NCBI RefSeq assembly: GCF_009914755.1
Contig: NC_060931.1
Length of the DNA stretch: 64,000 nt
DNA from: the human T2T-CHM13v2.0 reference genome, Homo sapiens
Reading direction: 5' to 3' (one strand)
Below are positions 55,091-64,000 of this stretch, piece after piece (the first letter of the stretch is position 1; each line of letters begins with the position of its first letter). The notes under the pieces are model-generated. The model saw only the letters and a program-made list of their open reading frames with translations. It searched no databases and was not told the DNA's origin. The position numbers and the translations under genes were made by a program.

Positions 55091-58000
55091 TATTTTCCTG
55101 TTTAACATAGCACAATCTTTAATTTTAATTTGTGTATTATTTACTCATTGTCTATATTTCTTTTTTAATTAAGCAGCAGAAGATCAGGGATTATGGTTAT
55201 TTTATTTACTGCTAGACCCTCAGGACAAAATCACAACATAAAACACAGTAGCCGTGGAATCAATATTTGTTCACTAAATCTAACAAGAAAGAGAACCGAG
55301 GAGAGTAAGCGGGTGGCTCATGAGAGTCATAACAGAAGCTTGTGCTCCCGGAGTCCCGCAGAGCTTTCTTCCACACCACGCTGTCTTTTCCTCTTTTGTC
55401 TCATCCCAACCCAGTGTGGACTACAGAGTTAAGGCCCATCAAGTGTTATTGCCGTTGACCTCAACGTTGACTTGGCCCCATCTTCATAAGCCTAATCCCT
55501 GCAGGTCCCACTCCCTGGGCTCACAATCCAGATCCCTGAGCCTTCCTTGCCTTTATTAGACTTACAGACCTCCTCAGTGGTCTTGGCTTTCAGCTTTCCC
55601 CTCTCCCAGTTCTGCAATTTTAGCATAGCGTACATCTTCAAAAGAAGCCACTTTCCATCTTCCTATTTATATTTCTTTCTTTTCTTAGTCGATGGAAAAC
55701 CCTGCTAATTATGCAATGTTCTTTTTTCCTTAAGCTCAAACTAATTTCTTATTTTTTAAACTGTAATGAAGGACTGAAATAATGTAAAGAATATAGTTCC
55801 ATACACCGTGTTTCTTCCACTATAGAAAATTTCACCATCAGTTTAACTGGAAAAGGGTAATGTACATCTTTTATCAAAAGAGACATAACCTCTCACACAT
55901 GTAATCAACTTCATAGAAAAATAAAATCCCAATAAAATGTACAACAGACACGTTTATGTGATAAGGTGTTCCTCCATTAACGGCAGCCATCTTGGTGGCT
56001 TAGCAGACCAGGTGAGATAAGATGCAACTATAGCAAACAGAAATTAAACCAGAAGCACTCAAGAGAGAGATGGAAAGAATAGTTTCATGGTGTTAAATGA
56101 AGATGCACATCAGGTAGTGACAGAAACCTTTTCAGAGACTAAAGTAACTGAAAGAAAGATGAACTTAAGAGTAAATTTCGGAAGAAATCACCAGACATAG
56201 CATGTAGCTAACAGGCATGCACACACTTCTAAAGAAATCCAAGTCCAAAAAAATCTCAGAAATTTCAAACTGGCCCAGGACCCAAATCTTTCAGTGCACA
56301 GAACAGATCAGCCTTAATTCTCAGAACGCAATTTCTTCACATCTCCCCCTCAGTGTTCATGTAATGAAGCTTTCTTGTTTTTAATGCATTATGCATTGTG
56401 TTCTGTTCCAATTCTGTTTTGTGATCGTTTTTTCTTTTTTAAAAAATTATCTCTTGAATATTTTGAGCATGCTAAGTAAATAAGGCTTTTAGGTGTTAGA
56501 GCTGTTTCTGCTTCAAAAGTGACAGAAAAATCATAACCAAACTTGTGAATTTTATATAAGGGGAACTTTGAATTTGCAGTATATTTAAATGTCATTTTTC
56601 TAAATAAATCTTAGTTATAGTCATTATTCACATAGGCTCTTAAAACAAAAGAAAACCCGTCTCATAGATAGTAGTAAAAAAACCAGAAGAGTTTCTCTTT
56701 GGAGTTCAAATTTGTGTTATCTTAGTCAAATATAATAAATAAATAAATTTTAAAATTAAATTCATATAAACCATTATAATAGTGATTACTTCTAGAGGGA
56801 AGTAAAAAGGAATGTGATTAATATTAAGCATCAATGTATGGATAATATTATCAATAATATTCTAGTTACTGCAGTAACTTAAACTTTTTATATACTTGTG
56901 CGACTGTATTATATAGTTCATAATAACAATTTAATAAGTGTATTTATGTAACTTAAAGTAGTTTTATATTAATGTAGGTTATTCCAATTTACATCATTTT
57001 GCTTATATTTTATGTTTAAGATTCTTTCACATCAAGTATGACTAAAATGTACTTGGCTATAGCTTAGGACAACATTCAGATATAAAGCTCACAACTTGAA
57101 ACATGTGGAAACTATAATAGGGTTTAAAATGTAGATGATGAATTTAGTGAAGGAGAAAGAAAAAAAATTACTCCCTTGAGTTGTGCCAGCTTTGAGTCTG
57201 ATTTGTGACCTGCTCTTACATATTTGAAAATAGCCAGTGACCCTAGGGGATTAAGGAATGGAAGTTATGTTCTTCCCAAGAATTGCCAACACAACAGATG
57301 AATGTTCATCCAACATGCATAGCGGTTTCCGAAAGCTAGCCAGTTATGGAAACAAACATAGCTGCACAGAAGGTCATGGCATTAGGAACTTGCCCCCAAG
57401 TCAGGGTAATAGCAGCCTAAATGCAGATTAAATTGTATATCGATGACAATTACCAACTTTTTCCTAGGAATTGCTTATCTTTTTACCTTCTCTGTGCCTG
57501 GGTGTGCACACACAGACTCCTACACATATTTCTCTCTTTAGGTGATTTTGATTTTTATCCTACTTCTGTTACTGGTTTCACTTTCTGATCTTAAATCACT
57601 AAAGCCTAAATCCTTTAGTCTCTCATCCCTTAAGTGAATAAATTTATCTGCTGGGATAAATGGTGTAACGAAAGCAGTTGGATTTCTTGGGCAATGTGGT
57701 TTATTATAAACATAAGCTGCCATTGCTGTTATCAACATCATTGATATTATTTTAATTCCTCAGAATAATCCATATGGAAAAATAATTGGCAGGGTACAAA
57801 TTTAAAAAGAAGGCAACTAAGAATTCCAAAAACCCTGCCAAATATAACAAGAAAATCAAACATATGTCTCTGTTTGGTAGAACAAACAAAAATTATACCT
57901 TGGTATTCCAACATTGATCTAAAACAATTATTCCTGGGACTCTGGAACATGCACACCAAATCACAACTATTACTAAGGAACAAAATCAGTTATGTAGAGT

Positions 58001-60929
58001 AAACAGTTTCTAAGAGAGGGTATATGACCTAAATGTTAGCAAGCCTAGAGTCCAAGGTCAATTTCATCAATGGTCTTACAGCAAGATCCTCTTCATAAAT
58101 GTATAAAAATAAATATGTCTATAAACGACAAATAGAAACCACACACAGATTATAGATTTTCCAGAAAAATGACAAAAATATGCATCCCATTGTTGTGGGT
58201 CAGACATGGTTTTTCAATATCTAATGTGTATATTGAATAATATAAATATCACATTTAATTTTTAGAACAACTCCATGAGATAAGTGATAGTATCTCTATT
58301 TTGCAGATGAATTAACTGATTGTTCAGTGAGATAATGTAACTCAGTCAAGCCTAAACAATTAAAAAGTGCTAGAGGTAGAATACGAACCCAGATCTTAAT
58401 AGCTTCCAAACCTATTCTCACTTCTTTGTATTATGCCAATATCTCCAATTAAATGCACAAATTTCTATTTTTATATGCCAGCCAGCTGTGAGATTCACTG
58501 AACATAAGAAACTTGCAAGTTTAAAAATCTACCATCAACAGGAATGACACTTGAAAATGTGGTTAGATTTGTGATGGTAAATTTAATTTTCCTCAATTTC
58601 AAGAATTTCCTCAAGTCTTTCTTTTGATCCAGGATGTACATCTCAGAACCCAGCTGGCATTCTGCCTTGAAATTGAGCAGCATTGCCTGGGCTTAACTGT
58701 CTTGAACTCATGATTGTCAAGTTCTGCCCTGTAGAGCTCTCCAAGCCTAGTAGGGTATCAAGAGCAGACCAGTCTTGGCATTCTTTCAGGACCTTTTCAA
58801 GACTGGTACCATCTTTTTTAGTTGAGGCAGATCTTCATTTTGCAGTTTTTACATGAACATGTCTCACCCTAACAAGGCTGATATCCTCAGTGACCCACAA
58901 AGACTCCATTTCATTGCCTTTACCTCTTCTCCATGACTTTACAAATGTTAATAGTTTTGCTTTGCACACTTTTCCTCCTCTGCCCACTGGAAACCTATTC
59001 TGTCTCCAAGGCTTAGATGAAGAGAAAGTGATCTCTTGCTTATACCTTTTATTATGAACTCTGTTTAAATTTGTTGTCATGTGCTATACTGACCAGCCCT
59101 CATAATATTTAAGGATAGTTTGAGATTCATAATTCAACACTAAGGCTTAAGCTTTAATGGCAGGAACGATTTAGGTCCAATATCTTAGATGCAAAATTCT
59201 GGTAACATGGAGGTTGTGCTTGTTGATTGATTGACTGTGCTAGTCTCTTCCGGAAAATAGATAAAAAGAATGATTGGGACTTAGCCTTTAAGACATCCTG
59301 CCTGGTCCATGTATTCAAGGGTGGGGAGCAAATAATGAGGTCAGGCCTCAGCGAAAGTTTTTCATGAAAATTTCCAAAGTCCCACACAACACAATAGAAA
59401 AAGTATAGACTTTGAAACAATATTGCTCTGACTTAAAGTACTGACTAAGCTGATTAAATAACAGTGGATTAAATTACTTAAATAAGTAAGTTCCTTTTTC
59501 TACTTAAACTTTATAAAATACCACATTTTTCATAAAGTTGTTAAAATTAGAAATAATACATATGGAAGCATCTGGACATTAGTTAACTATTAATAAATCA
59601 TGTCTAGAATTATTTCTATAGGGTAAATAGATCAGGGCACTCTATCTCCCAAGTTGATCTATTTATTTAACCATTAATATTTTCTTTTTGCCTTGACCAC
59701 ATGGTTTTATTCAATATTTAACAATAGATTACGAACTAATGGAACTTAGAGTTGCTTCTTGGGAGTTTTACTATTGGTACTAATAAATCATGGACACCAG
59801 TTAAGGTTATAATAGTCATTATTGAAATCTAGGTATTTAATTGAGGTATCTGTGAATAAAACATCATGTAATAAACATGGCTTGTGAAGCTACTATTCAG
59901 GCAGTTCAAGTTTCTAAGATATTAAGCATCTTTATTAGATGTGTTAATTTGTACTTTCACTTTTCAACAAGTATTTACATAGTTCTAAATGTTTTTTGAA
60001 TACTTTGTTTTATGGCATAAATAATGGTCACCATATTCACACTATTCGATTTGCCTAATTTATATAATTATCTTGTTAATCTGATTGCCAAGTAGCTTTA
60101 TGATAGAGTTTCTACCACCCTCTCTCACTCCAAAAGAAAAACAAAAGAAGAGGTGTTTTATGTTTCCTCATTCAGTTTTAGACTAAGTATTAACAAAACT
60201 TTTCTAATATAGATATTTTGGTACATTTTCATAGTTGCTAATGTAAATATCCTAATTAAATCAAAACCTAACTAGATACATACTATTCAGGAACAACGAA
60301 AACAAAAAGAATGGGTCAAACTAGGGTTGATGAAAGGTGTGGGAGAAATATTGAGAGCCAGAGCATCACTAGTGGACTCTAGGTCCTAGGGAGGCAAGGA
60401 GCAGCACAGGCCAGCAGAGAGAAAGCAGCAGCTGATGCTCACTGATCTCTTACTCTATGCCAGGCCCAGAACTAGCAGCTTTAGAAACATCGTTTTCTGA
60501 GATTCACAAGAACTCCATGAAATAGGTACTAATATTTTCCTCCTTTTAGGAATAATGAGACTGTGATTTGGTGAAGAAATAAAACTTTTCCACTGATACC
60601 GTTATATTGAGTGAGATGTATAAATCTAATCTGATTGTCATTTAATTTTAATGAAGTATATATAGATTAGATCTGCAGTTATAAGGACTGCATGGCTTTG
60701 TACATTACAGGGGAAAGTAGTCACACAGTTTCTTCTCTCTTTCTCTTTTCTAGAAATATGCTCAATGAGAGTCTAATTATCAAGGCATTGTCCATTTCGC
60801 ATGTTGAAACATCTATCTGCAGAGTGGCCGCAAGAAAATTTCTCTAGATTACTAAGACAAATTTAAATATTTAGACCAATGCTGGACCTAGTTATTTAGG
60901 TACAGGAGTTCCATTTGCGTGAATAGGAT

Positions 60930-61021
60930 CTCATGTGTGTATGTATATATATATATAAAATATATAGGATCATATATATTACATATGATAAATATAGGAT
61001 CATATACACATATATATATAA
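60930..61021. repeat. TA-rich low-complexity repeat with reiterated atataggatcatata
   Basis: The 15-mer occurs twice within (TA)n. Confidence 0.8.
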
Positions 61022-64000
61022 CTTTTTTAATGCAGTAGTGAAATGAAATTTGGATCACTTCACAAGTAAAATGATGGTTCAAACCCAAAAACTGTTGCAG
61101 TTTCTCTCACCTTTGGTCACCTTTAGTTTGCGTGTGTGTGTATGCAAGTGCATACACACACACACACATCAAAATCTATTATAGCTTTTATTGAAGCCAA
61201 GGAGAGACATTTCAGGGTGGATTAATCTACCAATATGATTAATTGTTGCATGAAAACCAAATGAATATACAAAAAAGTTAGATAGTTTGGTTCTATTCAA
61301 AGTACACATTGGATAATCTGGCTCATAATTAAGGCAATACAGAGACCGAACTAAGATATATTTTAGGCAAAAATGTCCAAATTAAAAGTTTTGAATTTAT
61401 TCAGATGTTTCTATCAAGCAAACTGTCAATTAGTAGGTGACTGATGCAAATATTATTAGTTATCTCTTAATGTTTCTAGGACAAAGACTTCAAGACCAGT
61501 TATACCCTTGAATAAGAACAAAAATCTCAAAGCAGATTTTGTCATGGACTTTGGATAGAAATTCCAGTATGTGCGATTTACATGTGAACAGAATCTAGAC
61601 TAAGAAATTCATGAAATAAAGAAAAATGTGACAAAACTCACCAAATTTTCTATTATACCACTATCAATTTACACCAGAAATAAACACATATTTACATCTC
61701 TTTTGACGCATGGTATGGCCCCCTGAATAATAACTATATTTCCCAGTAGTTTGGCTTGCCTAACTTATCTGATTGTCAATCATCCAACTGCTTATGCCCA
61801 GTGGATAATCAGTAGCATTTGCAAATGAGAGTATTAATCATATAAGAAAGAGATTCTTTACCTGGGCTCTACAGAATCCATTAGTGGACTTTATTATATG
61901 CAAAAATTTGATGAAAATTGGTTTATATGCCCAGAACAAAACTATTTTTTCTACATGGCGAAATGTCTGTGAAACTATAATAAAATAATGGTGCCTGATT
62001 TTGATGAGGGAGTAGGGAAAAGGACTTTAGTTATAACTTTGAACAACATTTTGAACATATTTATAAATTACTTGTATAATTTCAGTTAATTTTAAAATGG
62101 GCCATAAAAATACGTTTGTAATTTTTTGGGGGGATAGGAGCAGCATTTTCATCTTATGCTAAAGGATATGAATCCCTTATGTTAAGTACTTGATGTGGGA
62201 GAAAAAATGATGTATTACCTGGTTAGAGACACACTAGTTTCAAATTGTGTACATTTGCAGTAACTGAGAGGTTTCTTTCACTTTATTTTATTTCTTTTTT
62301 ATTAAATATATTTTAAAAGCTTAAATATTAAAAATAATACTTTGGAGCAGCTATGATTTATATACAGCATCTCATTTGGATTGCTATAATATAGATCAGA
62401 ATGCACAGAGGTGAATTTCAACAAAATCCTACAATTGGCTGAGTTGTTGCCATGGTAAACCAACAGTCTACATAAAAGGTATGTGTGTTGGCTATGCTGT
62501 AAATTTCGCTGAAGCAAAACATCAGATTTATTAAGCAGATAAAGATATAATTTGTAGATCAAATATGCTCCAGAAAAATAAGCAATAAAACCTGTAAACA
62601 TTAAATGATTTAGATAAGAAAACTTTTAAATATTTAAAAATACTACCTCGTGGTTTACATGTGGGAGAACTAGGCTTAGAAAAGTTTGTTTAATAAATTA
62701 AGTTTTACAGGATATTATCAGATATGTTAATAGATGGATGGAATTTTAGCATAATATATATAAAATACAACTTAGCATCATATTTTGTTCTGGATACCAT
62801 CATTTGAATCTTTAGATTTCCAAATCTCAACCTACAGCAATAAAATTCTCAGGGATTTATAAATCTGTGTGCTACTAAACCTAGTCCATTCCCATTATAG
62901 ATGATGCACTGGAGGCTGAGAAGAGTGACTTTCACACAGCAACTTGGAAACAGAGCTCTGTCCATTTTACTTCCTGTCTATAAATCTGATACATCAGTTA
63001 TAATTCACATGACTATATCTTTTCCAAGGCATTTTACTCAATAGTTTATTAATTGTTATCTAACAGTTATGCCTCTGATTTTGTGCTTTCATTGTAGATG
63101 ACCATATCAGCTATAACAAAGAATCAAGAAGAAACAAAAATGCTATAATGACACCTATAGCTTTCTTTCTCTATGAAATTATAGTTAACTGATTTTTCCT
63201 TCTAATTGCCCATATTTAAAAATTTATCACAGGAAGCATCCCTGCCTGATTAATCAGATGAAATAGTGCCTGGAAATAATCTGTGTAAGCATCCTTCTCA
63301 TACATTTTAAGCCCTTATCTTTATTTTTAAGCCATCTTTCAGGTTTTTGTATTTCCATATTCGGGGCCAAAAAATCAAAATGCAGCAGTTGCTTAAAACC
63401 TTAATGCACTTGTCCTAGATAAAAAGCTTATGATTTTAGGGTCTCTCTATATAAAAATAATCCTTTTATAGTGCAGCTTTTACTTCCACTGACTTTTAAA
63501 TTTAATTCAGCAATCTTATAGTAATGATATTAATGTGTTGAAAGGAGTTTTACAGCACTAATCAAAATATAGTTTGATTGTAGACTACATGTATTGTGAC
63601 AGGTTAATTATTGTAAAATCTTATTTGGCATTTATAAATAATCCAGATTTTTAATTCATAATTTAGCAAAGAGATGAATAATTTTCTATCTAGCTTTCTT
63701 CTGCATTTCCTTAGTATCACTTTGGGAAGGGGAAGTAAGAATGGGTATTATTATTATTATTATTCAAAATATGAGAAAGTAATTCTGTCACCTCAAACTG
63801 GCACACAGTCTCCTATGGTCTGGCCCCAATCATTTTTTCTATCCTTATCTTCCTCTTACACACCTAAGCCCCAGAAAAATGGAAGAGCCTACTCTTCCTG
63901 GGCCACAACCCAACCTGTCCCAGTTTTTTGCCTTCATCTATGCTGACTGAAAGACTCTCTCTTCTCATGCCCTCCACTGCCAGTCTGTGCACTCAGTATT

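Larger units (their letters stand above)
53350..55280 (+). mobile_element. Degraded L2 LINE (interrupted by an Alu and a CA-rich repeat)
   Basis: C/T-rich L2 motifs (ctgaactctagacc..., cttcctcagagatgctttcctga, aatcaatatttgtt). Confidence 0.6.

Overview
This is AT-rich, repeat-rich primate genomic DNA, almost certainly human. The gene pair matches the 7p21.1 neighbourhood from my recall of the protein sequences. Two protein-coding genes lie in tandem on the minus strand. (1) POLR1F/TWISTNB (RNA polymerase I subunit RPA43): its first coding exon is at 3233-3486, with a CpG-island promoter; intron 1 runs off the left edge. (2) TMEM196: four exons at 23842-23898, 19973-20227, 18740-18813 and a terminal exon from 16594 to about 13780. 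Its long first intron fills 23899-64000 and exon 1 lies outside the window. The 74-nt exon 18740-18813 switches the reading frame of the terminal exon, giving two C-termini. Almost all other ORFs in the track are chance or Alu-derived. The rest is Alu, L1, L2, MIR, MLT1, MER/Tigger/MADE1 remnants and microsatellites. The most unusual signal is a set of complex templated-insertion scars. These are a 129-bp inverted copy of nearby DNA inside an AluSc-like element, a 116-bp direct copy of nearby DNA inside a Tigger3a-like element with a stuttered junction, a nested fold-back palindrome inside an L1 3' UTR, and a double tandem duplication in a second Alu at the same Alu position as the first event. 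I found no support for a new gene family or a prokaryote-type system. Repeat names come from recalled consensus sequences, not a database search.
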